DNA of 64,000 nt from Bacillota bacterium (GTDB lineage: Bacteria; Bacillota_I; Bacilli_A; ML615J-28; CAG-698). Made by a program: the position numbers and the translations under genes. The stretch is from assembly GCA_016280895.1 (NCBI GenBank), contig JAEEHM010000036.1, positions 1,367 through 65,366 on the forward strand, written 5' to 3'. The notes under the pieces were generated by a model that searched no databases, was not told the origin of the DNA, and saw nothing but the letters and a program-made list of their open reading frames with translations. This document shows positions 48,475-57,874 of the stretch, piece by piece (the stretch's first letter is position 1; each line of letters opens with the position of its first letter).

Positions 48475-49440
48475 ATGAAAAAGAGTAAAAATTTAGTTTT
48501 AATTGTTCTTTTGCTTGTACTAGTGCTTACAATGTCAGGTTGTGCTAAAACAAGCTATATGGAAACACCACTAGGTGATGGTTTTGGCTTCTGGGATATC
48601 TTCGTATATCCAATGGCTGGTATCATGTGGCTGGTTGGTAAATCAATTGGCTTTGGTAATTATGCTTTAACAATCATCTTTTCAACAATTATCGTTCGTA
48701 CTATTGCATGGCCTATTTATGCAAAATCAAACGATATGCAATTAAAGATGAAAATAATGCAACCAGAAATTGATAAGTTACAAGCAAAATATGCAAATAA
48801 AACAGATCAAGCAAGTCAACAAAGAATGCAAATGGAAATGATGCAAATCTATAAGAAAAATGGTGTAGGTATTGGTGGATGTATTATGCCATTCGTACAA
48901 ATGCCAATCTTTTTAGGTTTCTATTATGCACTTAGAAAATTACCAGCAAGTATGGCTGTAGAAGGTCATTGGTTAAATATCTTCAATAATACTAAATTAT
49001 TTGGTATCTATTTAACATTAACAAGAACAGCTGGTGAAGTAAATGAAGCAGATTTAGCTACTTTATATCCTGATTTTAGTGCTAAAGCACAAAACTGGGG
49101 TGTTATTATCTTAGCCATCCTTGTAGGATTGACTCAAGTTGTAAGTATTATTATTAGTGAAATTAGACAAAAGAAAGTTACCAACGAACAACAAGCTGGT
49201 ATTCCTGAATATCGTCGTGCTAAAGCGCAAAACCCAAATGCAAAATCTACAGGTATGGCAATGAAGGTTATGTTATACTTCTTTGCAGTAATGATGGTAA
49301 TCTTTGTATTACAAAGCCCTGCTGCCTTGGGTTTATATTGGGTAATTGGTAACATTTATTCAACTGGCCAAACAGCAATCGGCCAAGTTACATCTAAACG
49401 ACGTCTTGAAAAGTTAAAACAAAAGAGTCGTGGCTATTAA
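48475..49440 (+). CDS. yidC: Membrane protein insertase YidC/SpoIIIJ (lipoprotein type)
   Basis: Lipobox TMSGC. Conserved I..T...R....P....S, MQ...P....LQ.KY and GCLP-like (GGCIMPFVQMPIF) motifs. Confidence 0.92.
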   Translation: MKKSKNLVLIVLLLVLVLTMSGCAKTSYMETPLGDGFGFWDIFVYPMAGIMWLVGKSIGFGNYALTIIFSTIIVRTIAWPIYAKSNDMQLKMKIMQPEIDKLQAKYANKTDQASQQRMQMEMMQIYKKNGVGIGGCIMPFVQMPIFLGFYYALRKLPASMAVEGHWLNIFNNTKLFGIYLTLTRTAGEVNEADLATLYPDFSAKAQNWGVIILAILVGLTQVVSIIISEIRQKKVTNEQQAGIPEYRRAKAQNPNAKSTGMAMKVMLYFFAVMMVIFVLQSPAALGLYWVIGNIYSTGQTAIGQVTSKRRLEKLKQKSRGY

Positions 49441-49451
49441 GGAGAAAATAA

Positions 49452-50069
49452 ATGAAGACAAAAGTATATGAAGTAAAAGAAGTTGAAGAAGCATTACAAC
49501 TAGCTTCAACTGAATTTGGTATCTCTGAAGATGAATTAATTGAAAAAATCATTAGAGACAAGGCTGATGGCGTTGATACAATGGAAGTTGAAATCACTGT
49601 TTGTATCGATCCAATCGAAAAAGGTAAGAGATATATTCAACAAATCTTAGCTGACAACGGTGTTGAAGGTATCATCGAAAAGAGAGTTAGAGACAATGTT
49701 GTTGAATTAGGCGTTGATGCTGGTGATTTCAATGGTGTTTTAATTGGTAAAAACTCTCGTCACTTAGGTGCTTTACAAGTATTAGTATCATCAATCATTA
49801 ATAAATATTATTTTGAAGATGAACAAATCGTTGTTAAAGTTGATGTAGGCGGATACAGACGTAGACACGAATCTAACTTAGAACGTATGGCAGTTGAATA
49901 TGGAAAACAAGTTGCTAAAACAAAACAAGTAATTGCACTTGATAATTTAAACGCATATGAAAGAAAAATAATTCACGATAAACTTTCTACTTGGAAAGAT
50001 GTATATACTCATTCTGAAGGTGAAGGAACTGAAAGAATATTATATATCGAACCTAAAAAGGAAAAGTAG
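49452..50069 (+). CDS. jag: RNA-binding protein Jag/KhpB (Jag_N, KH, R3H)
   Basis: C-terminal R3H motif (LNAYERKIIHDKL...THSEGEGTERIL.I.P). Sits in the conserved position after yidC. Confidence 0.88.
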   Translation: MKTKVYEVKEVEEALQLASTEFGISEDELIEKIIRDKADGVDTMEVEITVCIDPIEKGKRYIQQILADNGVEGIIEKRVRDNVVELGVDAGDFNGVLIGKNSRHLGALQVLVSSIINKYYFEDEQIVVKVDVGGYRRRHESNLERMAVEYGKQVAKTKQVIALDNLNAYERKIIHDKLSTWKDVYTHSEGEGTERILYIEPKKEK

Positions 50070-50076
50070 ATATAAT

Positions 50077-50110
50077 AAAAAAGCATTTCACTATAAAGAA
50101 ATGCTTTTTA
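50077..50110. terminator. Bidirectional terminator between jag and the Fic gene
   Basis: AAGCATTTC, an 8-nt loop, GAAATGCTT, with flanking A/T runs. Confidence 0.7.
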
Positions 50111-50122
50111 TTTATTTATCTA

Positions 50123-50815
50123 TTAATATGTTTGAATAGATTTCATTTCAAGATCTTCTAAGAAATCCATAAATGGTTTGATATCTTTATCAACCTTGAA
50201 TGATTCTAATGCAGAGAAATATTTATCTCTTTCGTCTGATGTAATAATAACAGGCATAAATCCGTTCTTCATTAATTCATAATTTAATACTAAACGAGCT
50301 AAACGTCCATTACCATCTAAGAATGGATGAATCTTAGCAAGTTGTAAATGTAGATATGAGATATATTCCCATAAATCGCCTTTTGGTCCTTCTTGCATGA
50401 AAACAAAATACTTAGCCATTCTATCATATACCTTTTCATATGAACAAGGAGTATGATTAGATCCTTTAACAGAAATATTAACACGACGGTATAAACCACC
50501 AACTTCTGCTTCTCCATCACATAGGATTTGGTGAAGATCTTTTAATGTGTTTTCATCTAATTCTACTTTGTCCTTAGCCATTTGAAGAACTTTTAAGAAT
50601 GCGTTCTTTTGATTAATGATTTTTCTTACTTTGTCTGGATTAACTCCAACAACTTCGCCGTTTAAAACCTTTACTACATCTTCCTTCTTTAATGAAGGGT
50701 TATCGAAAGCTAGAGCACTTTGAACCAAATTGACTAAGAATTCTTCGCTAATCTCTAAAAAATTCTTTGTTTGTTTTGCTTCTTCAAGTGCTTTAGATAA
50801 TTTCTCGTTTATCAT
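50123..50815 (-). CDS. Fic/DOC family protein (AMPylase-type motif)
   Basis: HPFLDGNGRLARL matches the Fic motif HxFx(D/E)GNGRxxR. Start is at MINEKL, 8 nt after GGAGGT. A TGTGTTATAAT box lies at 50849-50859. Confidence 0.85.
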   Translation of the reverse strand: MINEKLSKALEEAKQTKNFLEISEEFLVNLVQSALAFDNPSLKKEDVVKVLNGEVVGVNPDKVRKIINQKNAFLKVLQMAKDKVELDENTLKDLHQILCDGEAEVGGLYRRVNISVKGSNHTPCSYEKVYDRMAKYFVFMQEGPKGDLWEYISYLHLQLAKIHPFLDGNGRLARLVLNYELMKNGFMPVIITSDERDKYFSALESFKVDKDIKPFMDFLEDLEMKSIQTY

Positions 50816-50993
50816 ATATTTTACCTCCAATATATATATTACAATTCTATTATAACACAAATAAAATATATTTCAACAAAAATTGTAAACGATTTTATTT
50901 TTATTTTAAATTATGATTAAGATGGTAAAATAATATAAAAGTTGAAATGTAGTAAAAAATGAATTATAATAAAAATAAAGAGAGAAAGTTTAT

Positions 50994-51749
50994 ATGATTA
51001 AGAGATTTAAAAGACCACTTGTAATTATATTATCAATTATATTAGTATTTATAATCATATTTATATCTACTGTAGAAATTGAAGCATCACGCGCAAATAG
51101 TTCAATTGAGGAATTCATCAATCGAGGTGAGCTTATATGCACAGAAGGTTCTACCGAATACTACCTTGTTAGAAAAGAATATGATTATGAAAATACTGAT
51201 TTAAGAATTGTAGATACATATAATGATGGTGTCGTAGGTACAATCGGCGATATCTATTTTACTGATACCGATTTTGGTTCAAATTTTGTAACAAAATATA
51301 TATGTAAAAAACTTAGAGTTGGTCATTGTGCCGTTGTAGCTTCACCAAATGCGGAATTCAATTATGAAATTGTTGGCAATGTTAACAAAAAAGATAATAT
51401 TGTTAAAATATATGAAAATGATTGGCAATATCTAGTCAATTATCATGAATATATTGCAGTACGTGTTAAAGGTATGGATGCAGATAAACAAAACAAATTA
51501 ATCCTTCAATTACAAAAGATGGAAGGAAGTCCATATAACTTTTTTGTGTTTGCACATATGAAGAATAGATATTATTGTACTGATATGGCAACATATGCAT
51601 ATAAAGAAGCACTTGATATGAATATCAATAAGTTCTTTGTAAGTACAGGCGCATCAATGATTTCAAATGATAATACCTATTTGATATATTATAAAAGGGA
51701 AGTAAACAAGGGTGATATTAAATATCAAGTTTACTTTTTAGGTGAATGA
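50994..51749 (+). CDS. YiiX/permuted-papain (NlpC/P60-like) family protein, membrane anchored
   Basis: N-terminal TM helix, then GDIYFTD, RVGHCAVV and later RYYCTDMATYAY. The His-before-Cys order is typical of permuted papain-fold hydrolases. Confidence 0.5.
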   Translation: MIKRFKRPLVIILSIILVFIIIFISTVEIEASRANSSIEEFINRGELICTEGSTEYYLVRKEYDYENTDLRIVDTYNDGVVGTIGDIYFTDTDFGSNFVTKYICKKLRVGHCAVVASPNAEFNYEIVGNVNKKDNIVKIYENDWQYLVNYHEYIAVRVKGMDADKQNKLILQLQKMEGSPYNFFVFAHMKNRYYCTDMATYAYKEALDMNINKFFVSTGASMISNDNTYLIYYKREVNKGDIKYQVYFLGE

Positions 51750-51750
51750 T

Positions 51751-54087
51751 ATGATTAAGCTAATAGATGTTTGTAAGATATATAAAACAAAGGATATCGA
51801 AACAAATGCGTTAAAAAATATAAATATCGAATTTGATAATAAGGGTTTTACCTTTATACTTGGACCATCAGGTTCTGGTAAGACCACATTACTTAATATT
51901 ATTGGTGGACTTGATAAAGCAAATACAGGTGATATCCTAATAGATGATATTAGTATTAAAGATTATAGTAGTAAAAAGTTTGATGAATATCGTAATACTT
52001 CTGTCGGTTTTATTTTTCAACAATACAATTTAATCGATCATTTGAATGTTTACGATAATATTGCTCTTCCCTTACGTATTCAACATATCAAAATAAAAGA
52101 TATCAAAAAGAGTGTAGATAATTTACTTGATAAATTTGGTTTATCAGATAAGAAGAATAAATATCCAAATCAACTATCAGGTGGAGAGAAACAAAGGGTT
52201 GCAATAGCACGAGCTTTAGTGACTGAACCTAAAATTATTTTAGCTGATGAACCTACTGGTGCACTTGATTCTAAAAATAGTGAAACTATTATGGAAGAAT
52301 TAAAAGAAATCAGTAAAACAAGACTTGTTGTAATGGTAAGTCATAGTGAAGAGTTGGCATCCTTATATGCTGATAGAATTATTAGATTAAAAGATGGTGA
52401 AGTTGTTTCTGATGATGTAATTAATAAAAAAGAAGATATCAATTTCGAAAAAGAAAAACGCAAATTCAAATTCATTTCTCTGTTAACATCAATTAAATTG
52501 TCGTTTAGAAATATGTATACTAAATGGATAAGGACACTTCTTACTATTTTGGCCACTTCTGTCGGTATTGTATCAACAACATTAGTATTAATGGTATCTA
52601 ATAGTATGACTAATTACACTGAGTTTGCGCAAAAGCAAGCCTTAGGTTCATATCCAATTACGATTACATCAAGATTAAATGAAACTGATGAGATTGAAAA
52701 TAAAAATTATGAAGAATATCCAAGTTCTAATATTATTCATGTAACTAACGAATATACCTCATATTATAAGCATGTTAATATCTTTGATGGGGCATATTTA
52801 GATTATGTTAAAGCATTAGATAAGAATTTATATACTGTAATTGATTATGGTTCTTCTCTTAATATGCATATTTTAAGTCACACAAATACAGGATATGATT
52901 TCTTAAGTACAAGTTCATATCTAAAAAGCCTAAATAAAGATAGTAATTACTTGAGCGAAGAATATGATTTATTATATGGATCTAAATATCCATCGGCTTA
53001 CAACGAAGTTGCATTAGTTATAGATAAGAACAATTGTATTGATGCATATGTTCTTGATTATTTAGGTATCGATTATAAAGATATCGATTCTTACACATTC
53101 GAAGAGATGTGTAATAAGGAATTTAAGGTTATTAGTAATAATCAATACTACAAATATGATGCTGTAAACGATAAATATACATATAATTATGAATATGAAG
53201 ATATGTATAATAATTCTTCAATCACATTAAAGATAAGCGCAATATTAAGAATAAAGAAAAATGCAACTACAAAATTGTATTCTACAGGTCTTCTTTTTAC
53301 TAACGAATTAGAAGACATGATGCATAGTGATGCAGTAAGTAGTGATATCGTTGTTGCACAGCTTGCATATGGAACTGATAAGAATGTATTTACAGGTAAG
53401 CCATATGAAGATCGAGAATATGATTTTCAAACACTAACTAAAGAATATCAATTGGAAAGCAATTTAAGAAGTATAGGTTATTATTACAATATCTCTTCTA
53501 TTAGGATTTATACTGATAAATTTGAAAACAGAAATCTAATTAATAAATATTTACAAGCATACAATATTGATAAGGATGCAGAAAAGCAAGTTATATATCG
53601 AGATTATATGGGTACAATCACTGAAGAGTTTGAAAAGTTTGTGAAGATTCTCACAAATGTGTTGATTATCTTTTCAATGATATCATTAATTGTATCTTCG
53701 ATTATGATTGCATTGCTAATGTATATTAGTGTTGTAGAAAGAACGAAAGAAATTGGCTTATTGAGATGCCTTGGATTTAGTAAAACTAATGTTGGAACAA
53801 TATTTTTAACTGAAGCATCCGTAATTGGTTTTACTTCTGGAGTAATTGGTGTTATAATAGCACGTGTAGCAATCAAACCAATATTGAATTTCGTGTCTAA
53901 TGTTGTTGAAGACTTGTATTCTAATGATTATGATATTAGTGAATTGACAAGGTTAGATATGAATATTACACAAATTGGTATGCTTATATTAGGTGCAGCC
54001 TTAATTGCGATATTAGCAGCTTTAATTCCATCAATTGTTGCATCAGTTAAAGAACCAGTAAAAGCAATCAGGCATCAAGGAGATTAA
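51751..54087 (+). CDS. Fused ABC ATPase / FtsX-like permease (MacB-type architecture)
   Basis: GPSGSGKTT, LSGGEKQRVAIARA and LADEPTGALD. Then a TM helix, an approximately 350-aa extracytoplasmic region, and a C-terminal FtsX-type 3-TM bundle (ERTKEIGLLRCLGFS). The ATG at 51751 is 5 nt after AGGTGA. Confidence 0.85.
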   Translation: MIKLIDVCKIYKTKDIETNALKNINIEFDNKGFTFILGPSGSGKTTLLNIIGGLDKANTGDILIDDISIKDYSSKKFDEYRNTSVGFIFQQYNLIDHLNVYDNIALPLRIQHIKIKDIKKSVDNLLDKFGLSDKKNKYPNQLSGGEKQRVAIARALVTEPKIILADEPTGALDSKNSETIMEELKEISKTRLVVMVSHSEELASLYADRIIRLKDGEVVSDDVINKKEDINFEKEKRKFKFISLLTSIKLSFRNMYTKWIRTLLTILATSVGIVSTTLVLMVSNSMTNYTEFAQKQALGSYPITITSRLNETDEIENKNYEEYPSSNIIHVTNEYTSYYKHVNIFDGAYLDYVKALDKNLYTVIDYGSSLNMHILSHTNTGYDFLSTSSYLKSLNKDSNYLSEEYDLLYGSKYPSAYNEVALVIDKNNCIDAYVLDYLGIDYKDIDSYTFEEMCNKEFKVISNNQYYKYDAVNDKYTYNYEYEDMYNNSSITLKISAILRIKKNATTKLYSTGLLFTNELEDMMHSDAVSSDIVVAQLAYGTDKNVFTGKPYEDREYDFQTLTKEYQLESNLRSIGYYYNISSIRIYTDKFENRNLINKYLQAYNIDKDAEKQVIYRDYMGTITEEFEKFVKILTNVLIIFSMISLIVSSIMIALLMYISVVERTKEIGLLRCLGFSKTNVGTIFLTEASVIGFTSGVIGVIIARVAIKPILNFVSNVVEDLYSNDYDISELTRLDMNITQIGMLILGAALIAILAALIPSIVASVKEPVKAIRHQGD

Positions 54088-54088
54088 A

Positions 54089-55456
54089 ATGACAAAATTA
54101 AACACAAGATATGAAGATACAATTGCGCAAGTCAGTACTGCACTTGCAAATAATGCAATTAGTATTATTAAGATATCAGGAAGTGATGCAATATCAATTG
54201 TATCTAAAATATTTAGTAAGGACTTAAGTAATGTAAAAAGCCATACAGTTCATTATGGATATATCAAAGATGGCAATGATACAATTGATGAAGTATTAGT
54301 TACTGTGTACAGAAGTCCTAAATCTTTTACTAAAGAGGATGTTGTTGAAATAAACTGCCATGGTGGTATATTTGTAACTAACAAAGTCCTTGAATTGGTT
54401 TTAAGAGCAGGTGCAAGAGAAGCTCTACCTGGTGAATTCACTAAAAGAGCATATCTAAATGGTAGAATTGATTTAACACAAGCTGAAGCTGTAATGGATA
54501 TGATTGAAGCTAATACTAATAATAGTTTGAAGCTTGCTAATTTAGGTCTTAGTGGTGAAACTAAAAAGCTAATTAAATCATTTAGAGATGAAGTCTTACA
54601 AATAATGTTGCAAATTGAGGTTAATATTGATTATCCTGAATATGAAGACGAAGAACAAATCACAAATGATAAATTATATCCTGCATTAAAAGCATTACTT
54701 GCAAAGATTGATGAAGTTATTAAGAAAAGTGAGATATCTCAAGTAATTAAAAATGGTATCAAAACTGCAATTGTAGGTAAACCTAATGTTGGTAAAAGTA
54801 GTCTACTTAATGCCCTTCTTCGAGAAGACAAAGCAATTGTTACTAATATTGCAGGTACAACAAGAGATATCGTTGAAGGTGAAGTTAATATTGGCGGAAT
54901 AGTCTTGAAACTTGTTGATACTGCTGGTGTTAGAGAAACTTTAGATGTTGTTGAAAAGATTGGTGTTGAAAAAAGTAAGAAGGCCTTAAATGAAGCTAGT
55001 CTTGTAATACTAGTTCTTGATAATAATCAAGCACTTGATGAGGTTGATAAAGAACTTTTAGATATATCTAAGGATAAAATGCGAGTTATTGTAGTTAATA
55101 AAAAAGATCTAGAAAACAAACTTGATTTAAACGGCTTAGATAATTATGTTTTGATGTCGGCATATGATAGTGAAGATATATCTAAACTTGAAAAAGAAAT
55201 AAAAAAATTATGTAATATATCTGATGCATTAAATATTGATGCTTCATATATTGGCAATGCGCGTCAAATCGCGAAGTTAAAAGATGCTAAACGCAATTTA
55301 GAAGATGCTATTAAAAGCTTAGATAATAAAATGCCAGTTGATATCGCAAATATAGATATCAATAATGCATGGGTTAATTTAGGCGAAATAATCGGTGAAG
55401 TATCTAGCGAAGAATTAATTGATGAATTATTCTCAAGATTTTGTTTGGGTAAATAG
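54089..55456 (+). CDS. mnmE: tRNA modification GTPase MnmE (TrmE/ThdF)
   Basis: DTIAQVST, GKPNVGKSSLLNAL, DTAG and a C-terminal FCLGK. Confidence 0.97.
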   Translation: MTKLNTRYEDTIAQVSTALANNAISIIKISGSDAISIVSKIFSKDLSNVKSHTVHYGYIKDGNDTIDEVLVTVYRSPKSFTKEDVVEINCHGGIFVTNKVLELVLRAGAREALPGEFTKRAYLNGRIDLTQAEAVMDMIEANTNNSLKLANLGLSGETKKLIKSFRDEVLQIMLQIEVNIDYPEYEDEEQITNDKLYPALKALLAKIDEVIKKSEISQVIKNGIKTAIVGKPNVGKSSLLNALLREDKAIVTNIAGTTRDIVEGEVNIGGIVLKLVDTAGVRETLDVVEKIGVEKSKKALNEASLVILVLDNNQALDEVDKELLDISKDKMRVIVVNKKDLENKLDLNGLDNYVLMSAYDSEDISKLEKEIKKLCNISDALNIDASYIGNARQIAKLKDAKRNLEDAIKSLDNKMPVDIANIDINNAWVNLGEIIGEVSSEELIDELFSRFCLGK

Positions 55457-55458
55457 GT

Positions 55459-55548
55459 GGAAGAATACTCTAGCTGGTTGATGAGGCAGGTCTCGAAAAT
55501 CTGTAGGCTGTAACAGGTGCGTGGGTTCGAATCCCACTTCTTCCGCCA
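55459..55548 (+). tRNA. tRNA-Ser (anticodon CGA)
   Basis: GGAAGAA acceptor pairs with TTCTTCC, then G and encoded CCA. Anticodon stem CAGGT/ATCTG with loop CTCGAAA. Long variable arm. T arm GTGGG-TTCGAAT-CCCAC. Confidence 0.9.
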
Positions 55549-55583
55549 TATTGAAGAAATTTTATAAAGTAAGAGGGTTGTAT

Positions 55584-56015
55584 ATGAGAAAACCAATAAT
55601 TATTGTTGTATCAGTTGTAGTTGGATTGATATTTCTTGGAATGTTTATATCATTATTAGGCGGTTCAATGTTATTTAATTGTGGAAGCGTTGAAATGAAA
55701 TCTGTTAGATTTATTGAACAAAATGTAACATATAGTAGATTTACAAGACAATTTGAAAAGAAAACATCTAGTGATGGTGGCTATATTTATTTTGAGATTG
55801 TAGAAAGATCATTAGTTAGCCATAAGATTGAAGTAAAAATTAATAATACTGAATTGTATGTAACTTATAAAATTGTAAAAGAACCAGAAAACTCTTGGGG
55901 TGGAACACATACTTTTGGAGTTAAGGTTTATTTAGATTCCAAACAATTAGCTAGAATAAGTAAAGTTAGAATAGTTGGAGATATATCTCAAGTACTATAT
56001 GAAAAAAGTGGATAA
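55584..56015 (+). CDS. Hypothetical membrane-anchored protein
   Basis: Start moved to MRKPIII (AGAGGG SD) because the listed ORF start lies inside the tRNA. One N-terminal TM helix. No recognised motif. Confidence 0.55.
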   Translation: MRKPIIIVVSVVVGLIFLGMFISLLGGSMLFNCGSVEMKSVRFIEQNVTYSRFTRQFEKKTSSDGGYIYFEIVERSLVSHKIEVKINNTELYVTYKIVKEPENSWGGTHTFGVKVYLDSKQLARISKVRIVGDISQVLYEKSG

Positions 56016-56037
56016 TTGCTTGCATAATGTTTAATTA

Positions 56038-56048
56038 TTTGATATAAT
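56038..56048 (+). promoter_or_regulatory. Candidate extended -10 promoter upstream of the terminator-first leader
   Basis: TTTGATATAAT on the plus strand. Confidence 0.4.
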
Positions 56049-56066
56049 ATTATCGGGCAAAAAAAT

Positions 56067-56113
56067 AAAGAGCTTTGACCGTTTCTGTATCAAACGGACC
56101 AAGCTCTTTTTTT
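56067..56113 (+). terminator. Strong intrinsic terminator 13 nt upstream of the next ATG
   Basis: AAAGAGCTTTGACCGTTT-ctgtatc-AAACGGACCAAGCTCTTT plus T7. No room for a promoter between it and the gene at 56126. Confidence 0.75.
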
Positions 56114-56125
56114 AGGGAAAAGGAT

Positions 56126-56878
56126 ATGAAGAAAATAAAGTTTAGTAGAGAATTGTCATATTTTGTAGGTATATTGTTGCTCGCAATCGGTGCAGCTATG
56201 ATGTCTAAAGGTGGATATGGTATGTCGATGGTTGTTGCACCGGCATATATCATATATCAAAAGCTATCTGCATATAGTAGCATAATCACATTTGGGCTTG
56301 CTGAATATATTGTGCAGGGAATATTATTAATTGTGTTAATAATTGTTGTTAGAAGATTTAAGATAACTTTTATTGGTGCTTTTATTACAACTTTTATATA
56401 TGGATTAATATTAGATTTGTTCATGTATTTAATGTCTTTATTTGCTTTAGATGCGATTGCGTTAAAAATAATCTTCTATATAATTGGTGAATTATTATGT
56501 GCTATGGGAATTGCGTTTATCTTTCAAACATATCTTATCCCAGAAGTATATGATTTATTTGTAAAGGAAGTAAGTAAAAAATTCAATTTTAATTTTTCCA
56601 AAACAAAGATAGTATACGATATAGTAAGCTTAGTTGTCGCAATTTCTTTATCTTTCATCTTATTTGGTTTTGGTAATTTTGTTGGAGTTGGAATCGGTAC
56701 TGTTATTATTGCATTTATTAATGGACCATTAATTGGTTTATTCACAAAATTATATTTAAAGATATTTGAATTTGATGATGCATTTCATAAATTAAAAAGA
56801 TTCTTAAAAGATGTTGATGACAAAGCAGTCAAGAAAGAAGATATAAAAGAACAAGAAAATAATGAAAATGATAATTAA
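56126..56878 (+). CDS. Polytopic membrane protein (YczE/DUF6198-like)
   Basis: Start at MKKIKFSREL (AAAAGGA SD). About 6 TM helices and an acidic/lysine-rich tail. The family assignment is by resemblance only. Confidence 0.45.
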   Translation: MKKIKFSRELSYFVGILLLAIGAAMMSKGGYGMSMVVAPAYIIYQKLSAYSSIITFGLAEYIVQGILLIVLIIVVRRFKITFIGAFITTFIYGLILDLFMYLMSLFALDAIALKIIFYIIGELLCAMGIAFIFQTYLIPEVYDLFVKEVSKKFNFNFSKTKIVYDIVSLVVAISLSFILFGFGNFVGVGIGTVIIAFINGPLIGLFTKLYLKIFEFDDAFHKLKRFLKDVDDKAVKKEDIKEQENNENDN

Positions 56879-56879
56879 T

Positions 56880-56890
56880 TATGGTATAAT
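56880..56890 (+). promoter_or_regulatory. Extended -10 promoter of the hydrolase gene
   Basis: TATGGTATAAT directly after the preceding stop codon. Confidence 0.5.
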
Positions 56891-56909
56891 GATGAAAAAG
56901 GAGATCATT

Positions 56910-57833
56910 ATGCCATTTTTAATTATTGGAATTGTTGTATTTATATATCTAATATTGTGTTTTGTAGTATATATGATTATATTTTTCTCTAGATATAAGA
57001 AGGATAAAGATATCTATAATATTCCTTCATCACCTCAATATGCAAAACATCACGATTTAATGATTAAATTAATTGATGAATTTAAAAGTGAAAATTGCGA
57101 AGATGTATATATAAAAACATTTGATGGAAAGAGACTGCACGCAAGATATTATAAAGTATCAGATGATAGTATTGTCGATATATGTTTTCATGGATATAGG
57201 GGTACCGCTATAAGAGATTTTTGTGGTGGTAGAAAGATATCTTATATCACAAAGCATAATTTATTAGTTGTTGATCAAAGAGGACATGGTTTAAGCCAAG
57301 GCCATCATTTAACATTCGGTGCTAAAGAAAGTAAGGATGTTAAATATTGGATTGATTATGTTAATGAAAGATTCAACGATGATGTTAAAATATTCTTATA
57401 TGGTGTATCAATGGGTGCATCTACTGTTTTAATGGCATCTGATATGAATTATAAAAATGTGAAAGCGATAATTGCAGATAGCCCATATACTAGTGGTGCA
57501 GATATAATAAGAAAGGTATGTAATGTTGATATAAAAATACCTTGGTTCTTTGTAAGACATATTATCTATTTAAGTGCTTTTATTTTTGGATGCTTTAGAT
57601 TATCAAATGCTAATGTAATTAAGCATGTAGAAAATACTAGTGTACCAATAATGATAATACACAGCGAAGATGACAAATTTATTCCTATAGATATGAGTAG
57701 AAAGTTATATGAAAGTAATAAAGAACATATAGTTTTAAAAACTTTTAAAGATGCAGGGCATGGAATTAGTTATCTAGAAGATAAAGAAAATTACGAAAAA
57801 GAAGTTATTGGTTTTATAAAAAGAAATGAATAG
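56910..57833 (+). CDS. Alpha/beta hydrolase (membrane anchored, S9/BAAT-like)
   Basis: N-terminal TM helix, FHGYRG, GVSMGAS nucleophile elbow, and a late D...H pair (HSEDDKFIP, AGHGIS). The ATG at 56910 is 6 nt after AAGGAG. Confidence 0.8.
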   Translation: MPFLIIGIVVFIYLILCFVVYMIIFFSRYKKDKDIYNIPSSPQYAKHHDLMIKLIDEFKSENCEDVYIKTFDGKRLHARYYKVSDDSIVDICFHGYRGTAIRDFCGGRKISYITKHNLLVVDQRGHGLSQGHHLTFGAKESKDVKYWIDYVNERFNDDVKIFLYGVSMGASTVLMASDMNYKNVKAIIADSPYTSGADIIRKVCNVDIKIPWFFVRHIIYLSAFIFGCFRLSNANVIKHVENTSVPIMIIHSEDDKFIPIDMSRKLYESNKEHIVLKTFKDAGHGISYLEDKENYEKEVIGFIKRNE

Positions 57834-57868
57834 AAAAAAGGCTACTTATATTTTAAAGTAGCCTTTAA
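57834..57868. terminator. Bidirectional terminator between the hydrolase and SPFH genes
   Basis: AAGGCTACTT, an 8-nt loop, AAGTAGCCTT. Confidence 0.7.
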
Positions 57869-57874
57869 TTTATC

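Noticed and set aside
55264-55596. 110-aa minus-strand ORF, plus the listed plus-strand ORF start at 55521
   Set aside because: Both overlap the well-formed tRNA-Ser (55459-55548) and the mnmE 3' end. The plus-strand gene was shortened to the SD-preceded ATG at 55584. The minus-strand ORF was discarded.
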